From contig JAEEUR010000001.1 of the NCBI GenBank assembly GCA_016290595.1, positions 1 to 60,574 of the forward strand: DNA of 60,574 nt, read 5' to 3'. The notes beneath the pieces were generated by a model. It made no database searches and was not told the DNA's origin. It saw nothing but the letters and a program-made list of their open reading frames with translations. Shown here in pieces: positions 33,732-41,906 of the stretch. The DNA is from Lachnospiraceae bacterium (GTDB taxonomy: Bacteria; Bacillota; Clostridia; Lachnospirales; Lachnospiraceae). The position numbers were made by a program, and so were the translations under genes. How positions within the stretch are numbered: position 1 is the stretch's first letter; the number at the start of each line of letters is the position of its first letter.

Positions 33732-34775
33732 CTATACGTATTTCTTGTCAAATAAATCTCTGATCTTTTTGTTCTCTCGGAGGACGTTCAGCGTGATCTC
33801 GGCGTGGTTTTTGGCGTACCCGTTGCCGACGATCATGGTGATGTCCTTGCCGACGCCTTCGGCGCCCAGGGCCGCGCGGGTGAAGCTCGTCGCCATGGAG
33901 AAGAAATAGACCGTGCCGCCTTCTTTCACCGGCAGGATGGCGCTCATCTCGCAGGCTTCGACGTTCACGCAGCTGATGGAAAGGTCATATTCCTTCCCGC
34001 CGTTGGCCTCCAGCGCCGCTTCGAGCACCGCGACGGGCTCGGTCGCGGAGGCGACGATCACCTTGTGATAGACGCCCAGTTCCATCAGGCCCGAGACTTG
34101 CTTCGGATTGCGGACCACGCCGACCACGTTGCCGTTCGGACCGACCTTCTTCATGGCTTCCCAGGCGCAGAGCACGCCGCTCTTGCCGTTCGCGCCCAGG
34201 ATCAGCACGCTGTCGCCCTCCTTCGGCAGGCGTCTTGCCTGCGCGGGCGCACCGGCCACGTCCAGGGCCGCCAGAGCCAGCGCTTCGGACATATCGTCCG
34301 GGAGCTTGGCGTACAGGCCGCTCTCAAAGAGCACCGCCTGCCCGATGATATCCACGCGGTCGATCTCCTTGTGAATGGCCAGGATCTTATCAATTTTCAG
34401 CGGCGTCAGGGACAGGCTGACCAGGGACGCGATCTTATCGCCGACTTTGAGGTCGCGGTCCTTTAAATCGTCGCCGATGTAGGCGACCCGGCCGATGAAC
34501 ATGCCGCCGGAGCCCGTCACCGGGTTCTGCTGCTTGCCGCGCTCAGCCACGATCCCGAGGATCATCTCGCCGATCTTCTTCTCGTCCCCGCCGCAGACCT
34601 CGCTGATCTGCGTGAAGGACGCCGAATCGATATTCAGGGAGGTCACGTCGCAGATGATCTCGTTCGAATAATACTTCGTCATGTCGTTGTCGACCTTCCA
34701 GGCCGCCTGCGTCAGAACGCCCTTCGGTTCGATCACGCGGTGAGTACCGTACTTATTGCCTTTTAACTGTTCCAT
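33732..34775 (-). CDS. kdd: L-erythro-3,5-diaminohexanoate dehydrogenase
   Basis: 347 aa, MEQLKGNKYGTHRVIEPKGVLTQAAWKVDNDM...NIDSASFTQI.... It has an NAD(P) Rossmann motif, ILGANGKSG. Its position in the lysine fermentation cluster fits the call. Confidence 0.85.
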   Translation of the reverse strand: MEQLKGNKYGTHRVIEPKGVLTQAAWKVDNDMTKYYSNEIICDVTSLNIDSASFTQISEVCGGDEKKIGEMILGIVAERGKQQNPVTGSGGMFIGRVAYIGDDLKDRDLKVGDKIASLVSLSLTPLKIDKILAIHKEIDRVDIIGQAVLFESGLYAKLPDDMSEALALAALDVAGAPAQARRLPKEGDSVLILGANGKSGVLCAWEAMKKVGPNGNVVGVVRNPKQVSGLMELGVYHKVIVASATEPVAVLEAALEANGGKEYDLSISCVNVEACEMSAILPVKEGGTVYFFSMATSFTRAALGAEGVGKDITMIVGNGYAKNHAEITLNVLRENKKIRDLFDKKYV

Positions 34776-34789
34776 ATTTATCTCCTCCC

Positions 34790-35608
34790 CTATACCAGTC
34801 CTAAAATCTTTCTCGCTTCCGCCGGCGTCGCGATTTCGCGGCCGAGCTCGCGGGCCAGCCGCACCACCTTTTCCACCAGCTCCCCGTTGCTCTTCGCGAG
34901 CACGCCCCGGGAAATATACAGATTGTCCTCAAAGCCCACGCGGACGTTGCCGCCCATCACGATGCCGGCCGCCGCCATCGTAAACGCGTGCCTCCCGATG
35001 CCTGTCACCGTCCAGGTGCTGCCACCAGGGATCTGCCGCACCATCCAGTCCAGATTGCCCACCGTCGCCGGCGTGCAGCCGGGAACGCCCAGCACGAAAT
35101 TGAACTGCATCGGGGCGCCGGGCACCTCGCCCTTTTTCGCCATGGTGAGGACCGTTTCCAAATGCCCCATCTCGAAGCATTCGTACTCCGGCTTGATGCG
35201 GTTTTCCAGCATGCGCTTCCCGAAGGCGCGCATCATGGGCATCGAATTATCGAAGATATCGTCGCCGAAATTGCAGGTGCCGCAGTCCAGGGTCGCCATC
35301 TCCGGGAAGAGCTCCGTCGGCTGCAGGCGCTCCTCGGCGCTCATGCCGACCGCCCCGCCGGTGGACGGGATCAGAATCACGTCCGGGATCGCCGCCTTGA
35401 TCGCGTCGATGCAGACCCTGAAGCGCTCGCGGCTCTGCGTCGGCGTGCCGTCGTCCTCGCGTACGTGCAGGTGCACGATGGCCGCGCCGGCTTCGTACGC
35501 GCTCTTCGCCTCGCGGACGATCTCCTCCACGGTGTAGGGCACCGCCGGATTCTGCGCCTTGGTCACTTCCGCCCCGCAGATCGCCGCCGTAATGATCAGT
35601 TTTTCCAT
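34790..35608 (-). CDS. kce: 3-keto-5-aminohexanoate cleavage enzyme (BKACE/DUF849 family)
   Basis: 272 aa. MEKLIITAAICGAEVTKAQNPAVPYTVEEIVREAKSAYEAGAAIVHLHVRE... is typical of the BKACE family. Confidence 0.88.
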   Translation of the reverse strand: MEKLIITAAICGAEVTKAQNPAVPYTVEEIVREAKSAYEAGAAIVHLHVREDDGTPTQSRERFRVCIDAIKAAIPDVILIPSTGGAVGMSAEERLQPTELFPEMATLDCGTCNFGDDIFDNSMPMMRAFGKRMLENRIKPEYECFEMGHLETVLTMAKKGEVPGAPMQFNFVLGVPGCTPATVGNLDWMVRQIPGGSTWTVTGIGRHAFTMAAAGIVMGGNVRVGFEDNLYISRGVLAKSNGELVEKVVRLARELGREIATPAEARKILGLV

Positions 35609-35672
35609 TATACTTCTCCTTCCTGCCTTCCCCTTGAGGGGAAGGTGGCGCGAAGCGCCGGATGAGGTGTCC

Positions 35673-36059
35673 TTATCTCGCGATGCGCTGCTTTTCCTTA
35701 GGCACCACGCAGGTCCCGCTGGCGCGGCAGACCACGATCGGCTCCGCCAGCACGTCGCAGGCGCTCTCGTTGATATCCGGACGCGGGACGATCACCTTGC
35801 GCGCCTCGAATTTCATCTTCCGGGAGGTGTTGCCGACCTTCACGATCTCGCCCTCCGCCTCGATATAATCACCGGCAAAGACCGGCGCTAAGAACTCCAC
35901 GTTGTCGTAGGCGCAGAACAGGCCCTCGTCGCCGTCGTGCATGATCAGAAGCTCCGTCGCGACGTCGCCGAACAGGTGCAGCATGTGCGCCCCGTCCACC
36001 AGATTGCCGCCGTAGTGCGCGTCCTCCGCTCCCATGCGGACCCGAATGAGTGATTTCAT
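35673..36059 (-). CDS. kal: 3-aminobutyryl-CoA ammonia-lyase (hot-dog fold)
   Basis: I prefer the start [37 protein letters not shown] at 36059, with GGGAGGG upstream. This gives 128 aa. It is the first gene of the lysine operon. Confidence 0.8.
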   Translation of the reverse strand: MKSLIRVRMGAEDAHYGGNLVDGAHMLHLFGDVATELLIMHDGDEGLFCAYDNVEFLAPVFAGDYIEAEGEIVKVGNTSRKMKFEARKVIVPRPDINESACDVLAEPIVVCRASGTCVVPKEKQRIAR

Positions 36060-36077
36060 TGTTTTCCCTCCCGTTTC

Positions 36078-36123
36078 AAAAAAATAAGCGCCGTCAAAGG
36101 ATTTCATTCCTTCAATAGCGCTT
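36078..36123 (-). terminator. intrinsic terminator forming the riboswitch expression platform
   Basis: The minus strand has AAGCGCTATTGAAGGA-atgaaa-TCCTTTGACGGCGCTT, a 16-position stem with 1 mismatch, followed by ATTTTTTTG. It lies 19 nt before the kal RBS. Confidence 0.8.
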
Positions 36124-36132
36124 CATGCGTGG

Positions 36133-36280
36133 CATGACAGCAGCCGGCGCTGGGCACGGACTGCCAGGAAACGGTTCGGCGGACCGCTCCCTTCGGCGAA
36201 ACGACCCTTTCTCTTTCTCCGGAACTGCCCATCCCACGGGAAAAAGAGTACCCTTCGTTTCGCGCCTCTATCTCACTGCT
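36133..36280 (-). ncRNA. lysine riboswitch (L-box) aptamer
   Basis: The minus strand reads GAGATAGAGGCGCGAAACGAAGGGTAC...GGAGAAAGAGAAAGGGTCGTTTCGCCGAAGGGAGCGG...CCTGGCAGTCCGTGC...GCTGCTGTCATG. This matches the conserved L-box blocks as I recall them from B. subtilis lysC: ATAGAGGTGCGAA, AGAGTA, GGAGAAAGA, GAAAGGG..GTCGCCGAAG, CTGG..CGTGC, CTGTCA. Confidence 0.85.
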
Positions 36281-36324
36281 TATGGACACGTGAAAAAAGA
36301 AGCTCACGTGTTTCTTCTGTTCCT

Positions 36325-36353
36325 ATCATAAAAAAAACGCCCCGGAATTGCAA
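36325..36353 (-). promoter_or_regulatory. candidate sigma-A promoter of the lysine fermentation operon
   Basis: The minus strand reads TTGCAA-17 nt-TATGAT, about 45 nt upstream of the aptamer. It is embedded in the terminator hairpin of the upstream gene. Confidence 0.55.
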
Positions 36354-36362
36354 GCGTTTTTT
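36330..36362 (-). terminator. intrinsic terminator after the C39-like gene
   Basis: The minus strand has AAAACGC-ttgcaattccggg-GCGTTTT followed by a T-run (TTTTTTTTAT). Confidence 0.55.
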
Positions 36363-36397
36363 GAAAGAATTCTGTCCGTCCCGCGGGTACGGCTCCT

Positions 36398-37000
36398 TCA
36401 CTTTTCTTTTCTCCAGAACAGATAGAAGCGTTTGTCCGCGCCTTCTGTGTCTTCCATCAGCGTTTTCAGATCGCAGATCACAAACTTCCCCTTCACTTTC
36501 ACTTTGTCCCGGCGCCCTTCCTCGTCGTACTTTCCTTCTTTGATGGCCGGATCCAGGACCGCGAAGCGCCCGTCCCGCTGTTCCGCAATGACGACGACGT
36601 AGTGGGCGTTATGCGTGAATACGCCGATATAGCCCTCTCTGTCGCCGGCGGATTCCGCGACGGCGCAGCCGCCGGTCCGAAGACAGAAAAGAAGCCGCTC
36701 GGGATCGTCCGTCATCTCCAGATCCAGGCCGAATCTTTCCGCCAGGGCCGGAGCAAAGACCGTATAATCGGTCCCGATCCTGAGGTTGGCCTCGGAAGCG
36801 TAGGACAGCCGTATCGCTTCCTCCAGACTGAGCTCCGTGTTGACCAGCAGGCGGTCGACGACGATGATCGCGGAGCACAGGCCGCAGGCAGAGGTCGCGA
36901 CGGTCGTCTTTTTCCCCTTCTCGCGCGACGCTTCGTCCTCCATCTCCTGCCGGGTGATATAAGGCACTTCGGGATAGTCCAGCTGATTGACGAATTTCAT
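36398..37000 (-). CDS. papain-like (peptidase C39-like) cysteine peptidase-fold protein
   Basis: 200 aa with no signal peptide. The candidate nucleophile context is TSACGLCSAIIVV, preceded by Gln (NQLDY). The candidate His is in NAHYVVVIAE. Confidence 0.35.
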   Translation of the reverse strand: MKFVNQLDYPEVPYITRQEMEDEASREKGKKTTVATSACGLCSAIIVVDRLLVNTELSLEEAIRLSYASEANLRIGTDYTVFAPALAERFGLDLEMTDDPERLLFCLRTGGCAVAESAGDREGYIGVFTHNAHYVVVIAEQRDGRFAVLDPAIKEGKYDEEGRRDKVKVKGKFVICDLKTLMEDTEGADKRFYLFWRKEK

Positions 37001-37015
37001 GATGCGCGCTCCTTT

Positions 37016-38242
37016 TTAATTCTGCTGCGCAGGCGCCGGCGTTTGCCGGTCCGCGTTCTCAGCGGGGGAAAGATAGGCCAGCGCCGAAGCGGTCAGCAGC
37101 CTGACCCCCACCTGCAGCGCTTCTTCATCGGGAACGAAGCGGCTGTTGTGGACGCCCTGGCACGGCTCGCCGGGCCTTCCGCAGCCCAGATGATAGTAAA
37201 GCCCGGGGACTTTTTCCGAAAAGCAGGAGAAATCCTCGCCGCCCATTTCGGGGAATTCCTCGATGTGGACGTGCTCGCTGCCGAGCACCCCGGAGGCCGC
37301 GCGGACGACCAGCTCGCAGAGTGCCGGATCGTTCACCACGGGAGAATAGCCCCGGATGAAGGAGAACGAGTACCCGGCTCCCATCCCCTCGGTCACCCCT
37401 TTTACGATCTTTTCCATCCGTTCAGCAACGGCGTCCCGGACCTCGGGCTTCAGATTCCGGCAGGTCCCTTCCAGCGTACACGTTTCCGCCACGATGTTGC
37501 GGCGTGTGCCGGCGTTGACCTTGCCGATAGTCAGCACCGAATTGTCAAAGGGGCTGACGTTCCGGGAGATGATGCTCTGCAGCGCCGTGATCACGTGAGC
37601 TCCGATCAGGACGGCGTCCACGCCCTGGTCGGGTTCCGAAGCATGGCTGCCTTTCCCGTGTACCGTGATGACGAAGCCGTCGGACGCGGCCGTCATGGGA
37701 CCCGGCCGCACGCCGATGTCGCCGGTCGGATCGAAGGGGTTCACGTGCTGCCCGATGACCGCGTCGACTTTCGGGTCCTCCAGTACGCCGTCGGCGATCA
37801 TCCGCCTCGCCCCGCTGGCGGCGGCGACTTCTTCCGAGGGCTGGAAGATCAGTTTGACGGAGCCGCTGAAGCAGTCGCGCAGCTTAAGAAGCACGCGGGC
37901 GGCGCCGAGCAGCATGGCCGTGTGGGCATCGTGGCCGCAGGCATGCATCACCCCCGGATTTTGGGAAGCAAAGGGCAGTCCGGTGCACTCCTGTATCGGG
38001 AGCGCGTCAAAATCCGCCCGCAGCCCGAGGCATTTGCCCGGCCCGGCTCCCCGGATCAGCGCGGTGACGCCGTATCCGCCCACGTTTTCGCGGGGTTCCA
38101 GCCCCATTTTCCGCAGTTCGGTGGCAATATAGGCTGCCGTTTCTTTTTCCTCGCCGGACAGTTCCGGATGCGCATGCAGCCAATGCCAGTGCGCCCGGAT
38201 CTCTTCCCGGAAGGAATCCGCTAAAGCATCGATCCGATCCAT
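37016..38242 (-). CDS. M20D family amidohydrolase (N-acyl-amino-acid/hippurate hydrolase-like)
   Basis: 408 aa. It reads ...HWLHAHPELSGEEKETAAYIATELRKMGLEP...MHACGHDAHTAMLLGAA.... Confidence 0.85.
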   Translation of the reverse strand: MDRIDALADSFREEIRAHWHWLHAHPELSGEEKETAAYIATELRKMGLEPRENVGGYGVTALIRGAGPGKCLGLRADFDALPIQECTGLPFASQNPGVMHACGHDAHTAMLLGAARVLLKLRDCFSGSVKLIFQPSEEVAAASGARRMIADGVLEDPKVDAVIGQHVNPFDPTGDIGVRPGPMTAASDGFVITVHGKGSHASEPDQGVDAVLIGAHVITALQSIISRNVSPFDNSVLTIGKVNAGTRRNIVAETCTLEGTCRNLKPEVRDAVAERMEKIVKGVTEGMGAGYSFSFIRGYSPVVNDPALCELVVRAASGVLGSEHVHIEEFPEMGGEDFSCFSEKVPGLYYHLGCGRPGEPCQGVHNSRFVPDEEALQVGVRLLTASALAYLSPAENADRQTPAPAQQN

Positions 38243-38324
38243 CTGTTTTCTCCTTTATCCGACAGGGCCCTGCCGCCACAGGAATCGGCGGCCCGGTGCC
38301 TGCGCTTCTTTGCAGCTGAAATTC

Positions 38325-39002
38325 CTATTCTTCCTGTCCCGCCGCACAGCCGACCGCGCCGAGCAGAACAAAGAGCAGTTTCGGCCAGAAGCGGTATGCG
38401 ATCACGTTGACAAGACTGAAGAAGATCCGTCCCGGTACGCCGTAAGTCGGCCAGATCTTCGCATCGCCGGTCGCCGTCAGCACCGTAAGCAGCGCCAGAA
38501 CCGCAAACAGACCCGTTGCGGCGATCGTCAGGATCATGATCTTCCGGTTGCGCCGGAACAGACGTTTCTCCGGCGGGATATAGCAAAGAATGACCTCCGC
38601 CGTGCACCAGCCCAGGAAAAACAGAACGAGGCAGATCGGAACGGCGCCCCAGAAGAGGGTCAGCATCTGCTTTTTGTGGACGGCATCCGGTCCCGCGTAG
38701 TAATACATGTTCTCGGTCACGGTTTTGAAGATCAGGATCAGAAACAGAAGGATCCAGGCGGCGATCCACCGCATCCACGCCTTCCGTCTCTTTTCGATCT
38801 TCCGGTCGCCGTAGAGCAGCAGGCTGCTGTCGACCTCCAGTGCTTCCGAGAGCGCCGCGATCATCTCCAGATCCGGGGCGGAGCGACCGGTCTCGTAATT
38901 CGAGATGGTCTGCCTTGTCGTAAAGACCTTCGCGGCCAGCTCCTCCTGGCTGAGCTTTTTCTGCTGGCGGATGTTTTTGATATTGTCTCCGATCATATTC
39001 AT
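38325..39002 (-). CDS. XRE-family HTH protein with C-terminal multi-pass membrane domain
   Basis: I prefer the start MNMIGDNIKNIRQQKKLSQEELAAKVFTTRQTISNYETGRSAPD, with GGAGG upstream. About five hydrophobic segments follow. Confidence 0.75.
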   Translation of the reverse strand: MNMIGDNIKNIRQQKKLSQEELAAKVFTTRQTISNYETGRSAPDLEMIAALSEALEVDSSLLLYGDRKIEKRRKAWMRWIAAWILLFLILIFKTVTENMYYYAGPDAVHKKQMLTLFWGAVPICLVLFFLGWCTAEVILCYIPPEKRLFRRNRKIMILTIAATGLFAVLALLTVLTATGDAKIWPTYGVPGRIFFSLVNVIAYRFWPKLLFVLLGAVGCAAGQEE

Positions 39003-39152
39003 ACGTTTTCCTCCCCTCGGCTGTCCAAAGCCTTTCACAGCCAGGGTAAGCGCCCGGTCCTGCAAAATCAAGCAAAGCAGCGCTTTGCCCCCGCAAAAAG
39101 CCCGCCGAAAGTGGCCGGGAGCAGGGCCTTCTTTTTCTCCGGTTCCGCTCCG

Positions 39153-40154
39153 TCAGGAACGCCGGCTGCCGGAGAAACGCTCGTCCGTCACGTCGTACGG
39201 CCGGATCCCATGCTCCGCCGCATACCGCGCGCGGTAATGCGCGAACAGATCCCGGACGCGGTAAATCTTCTCTCCTGCCGGATCCCCGTACCGCTCTGCC
39301 AGCCCGGCAAAATCCGGGAAAGCGGCGTAGTACGCATCATCCAGCGCTTCGGTCTCCCGCAGGGCGGACAGGGCGTCCAGCCCTTCATACCTGTCGATAT
39401 TGTCCAGCCTTAAGGAGAGCAGGATCTGCCGCTTTTCCTCGCGGTACCCGCCAGCCTCCTTCAGCCATTCCGCTTCCGTCCGGAAAACGGCCGTATTCAG
39501 CAGCGCCCGGGCCGCCGGCGAAAGGGTTTCCAGATCCCGCTTTGTCAGGCGGACCGCCGCAAGGGTCCTTCCCCGCCCTTCTTCGTGGGGGATGAAAAGC
39601 CGGACCTGCGCGCAGCCGGCTTCTTTCAGGCAGCAGATCAGCTCGTCGGCCTGCCCGACGTTTTCTTTCGTCAGTGGAATGCCCGCGTCGCAGGGAATGC
39701 CAGCCCTGCCGGCGGCCCGCATCATCCGCAGGATCAGGGCGTAGTCGCCTTTCCGTCCGGCGAAGCGGTCGTGATAGTCCGGCAGGCCGTAGACCGTAAA
39801 GTTGAGCTGCCGGATGCCCTCTCCTTTGAGAAGCGCCATCAGTTCGGCGCACGCAGCCTCGTCCCGCATCTCCATGCCGTCGCACTGCAGGAAATCCGCC
39901 ATGGGGCTGCCCAGGCGGCGCAGCGTCCGAAGCGCGTCCTTTAAGTCCGGATGTTCCATGGAGCAGCCGAAGGCGAAGGAGGCCTGAAGCGCCGGGCGCT
40001 GTTCTTTCAGCTCCCGGAGCCAGCGCTCCGCCAGGCGGACCGAGCGCTCCCAGCCGGCGCCTTCCACGCGTCCGTTCCAGGACAGCAGGCAGTAGCGGCA
40101 GTAATTCCCGCAGGGGACGCATAAGCTTTGGATCAGGACGGACGTCGTCTGCAT
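39153..40154 (-). CDS. radical SAM domain protein of unknown function
   Basis: 333 aa. The CGNYCRYC (CxxxCxxC) cluster is at residues 15-22. The body is TIM-barrel-like (GIRQLNFTVYGL...). I see no SPASM-like C-terminal Cys cluster. Confidence 0.65.
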   Translation of the reverse strand: MQTTSVLIQSLCVPCGNYCRYCLLSWNGRVEGAGWERSVRLAERWLRELKEQRPALQASFAFGCSMEHPDLKDALRTLRRLGSPMADFLQCDGMEMRDEAACAELMALLKGEGIRQLNFTVYGLPDYHDRFAGRKGDYALILRMMRAAGRAGIPCDAGIPLTKENVGQADELICCLKEAGCAQVRLFIPHEEGRGRTLAAVRLTKRDLETLSPAARALLNTAVFRTEAEWLKEAGGYREEKRQILLSLRLDNIDRYEGLDALSALRETEALDDAYYAAFPDFAGLAERYGDPAGEKIYRVRDLFAHYRARYAAEHGIRPYDVTDERFSGSRRS

Positions 40155-40167
40155 ATATGCTCCTCTC

Positions 40168-41016
40168 TTAACAGTTCCCGGGATAGACGTGATCCAGCTT
40201 TTCGCGGGCGATCTTTGCCAGGCGGTAGATCAGGCGGACGTCGGTCGGCTTCCGGTCCGTCATATGGAAACGCGGGAAGAAGCGGCTGATATGCAGCGGG
40301 ACGCTCTCCCCGTCCGGTTCTCTTAGTGTGCTTACCCAGGCGGAGAGCTCCCGCATCTCCTCTTCGGAGTCGTTCTCGCCCGGGACGATCAGCGTCGTCA
40401 GCTCCACGTGGGCGGTCTTAACGGCCTCTTCAATGAAAGCCATGGTCATCGGGCGGCTCCCGCCCAGGACCTTCGTATAATAGCGGTCGGTGAAGCCCTT
40501 GAGGTCGATATTCATGGCGTCGATATAGGGCGCGATCTCCCGAAGAACGGGCAGTTCGGCGGTGCCGTTCGTGACCAGCACGGTCTTCAGGCCTTCCGAT
40601 TTCGCCAGCCGGGCCGTGTCGCGCACGAACTCGTACCCGACCAGCGGCTCGTTGTAGGTAAAGGCGATACCGATATTCCCCCGGCTACGGGTCCGCAGGG
40701 CGATCTCCACCAGCTCCTCCGGCGTAAAGATCTCCGCTTCTTCGGCGAAGCGCTTCGCCTCCTTGGACCAGGAGATCTCGTAGTTCTGACAGAAGGGGCA
40801 GCGCAGATTGCAGCCGAAGCTCCCGGCAGAAAGGATGAGGCTCCCCGGATAAAAGCGCGCGAGCGGCTTTTTTTCGATCGGATCCAGGGCGAGCGACGTG
40901 AGGCGCCCGTAGTTATAGGCCTCCACCCGGCCGTCCCTTACGGTCCGGCCGCCGCAGAAGCCGAGCTTCCCCTCTTCGATCCGGCAGTGTCTGAAGCAGA
41001 CCTTGCATTCCGCCAT
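40168..41016 (-). CDS. AmmeMemoRadiSam system radical SAM enzyme (AmrS-like, PFL-activase related)
   Basis: I prefer the start MAECKVCFRHCRIEEGKLGFCGGR, with GGGAGAG 8 nt upstream; the ORF runs to 41037. The motifs are DPIEKKPLARFYPGS and CNLRCPFCQN. Confidence 0.8.
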   Translation of the reverse strand: MAECKVCFRHCRIEEGKLGFCGGRTVRDGRVEAYNYGRLTSLALDPIEKKPLARFYPGSLILSAGSFGCNLRCPFCQNYEISWSKEAKRFAEEAEIFTPEELVEIALRTRSRGNIGIAFTYNEPLVGYEFVRDTARLAKSEGLKTVLVTNGTAELPVLREIAPYIDAMNIDLKGFTDRYYTKVLGGSRPMTMAFIEEAVKTAHVELTTLIVPGENDSEEEMRELSAWVSTLREPDGESVPLHISRFFPRFHMTDRKPTDVRLIYRLAKIAREKLDHVYPGNC

Positions 41017-41058
41017 CGTTTTTCTCTCCCATGACATCTTTGCCGCTGTCCGGCGGGA

Positions 41059-41850
41059 TCACCCGCCTATCATTTCCATCGCGGCAACCATCCGCAGCAT
41101 CTCCGGCTCGATCCTGTCCCGCCCGTAGGCGTCCAGGAAGCGGCCGGTATATTTCGTCGTTTTCAGGTTAAAGTTGAGCGTCCAGACGCCCCAGAGGATA
41201 TCGATGTGCCGGTCCCCGATCCCGCCGTTTCCGAGGTCGATGAAGCCCGAAAAGCGCCAGTCGTCCAGGATGACGTTCGGCAGGCAGTAATCCCCGTGCA
41301 GCAGGACGTCCTTTTTCAGCAGCGGCATCCCTTCCTCCGCCGCCCGTTTTGCTTCCTCAAAGGAAGTGAATTCCCAGAGGCCCCGGAACAGATCGGGCTC
41401 GTAATGCGAGCCGTTAAATCCGTTCCGTACCGTTTCGGTATAGGTCCGGATCCGGTCCGGCACGGGGCAGCCCTGTCCGTTTCTCTCATGCAGCTGCCGC
41501 AGAAGTCCCGCCGTCGTATCGCACAGGCGTTCCGGCTCCGCAAGATACTGCGGATGCGTGCAGTCCTCCCCGGGGATCCGCCTGGTCAGCAGCCGGTCTT
41601 TTCCGTCCCGCGTGCCGTAATACAGCACCTCGGCCGAGAGTCCGAGCGTATGCAGAAAAGCCGTCATCCGCGCCTCGGTCTCTAGCGTGCCTGCGCCGGC
41701 GGTCTTTAAGAATAAGCCGCCGTCCCGGTCGATAAACAGGACCTTCGCCTCCGGCGAGCAGCTGCTGTCGAAGACCGCGGCCCCCTGAAGAAAGCCCGCC
41801 AGTTCGTCAGGCCAGTCATCGATATTCACTTGTACTGGCGTGCGTTTCAT
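41059..41850 (-). CDS. aminoglycoside O-phosphotransferase, APH(3')-like
   Basis: 263 aa. The catalytic loop is LLHGDYCLPNVIL and the metal-binding segment is GFIDLGNGGIGDRHIDI. Confidence 0.8.
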   Translation of the reverse strand: MKRTPVQVNIDDWPDELAGFLQGAAVFDSSCSPEAKVLFIDRDGGLFLKTAGAGTLETEARMTAFLHTLGLSAEVLYYGTRDGKDRLLTRRIPGEDCTHPQYLAEPERLCDTTAGLLRQLHERNGQGCPVPDRIRTYTETVRNGFNGSHYEPDLFRGLWEFTSFEEAKRAAEEGMPLLKKDVLLHGDYCLPNVILDDWRFSGFIDLGNGGIGDRHIDILWGVWTLNFNLKTTKYTGRFLDAYGRDRIEPEMLRMVAAMEMIGG

Positions 41851-41906
41851 CGAAAGCGTTACCGTCCTCTCCTTCCGATACTATCCTTTCAATTGTTCCG
41901 ATGCGG

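Noticed and set aside
41059-41850. The APH(3')-like gene considered as cargo of a mobile resistance element.
   Set aside because: I saw no flanking transposase, integrase, inverted terminal repeats or GC discontinuity. The gene sits in a co-directional string with 42-56 nt spacers and has the local GC content.
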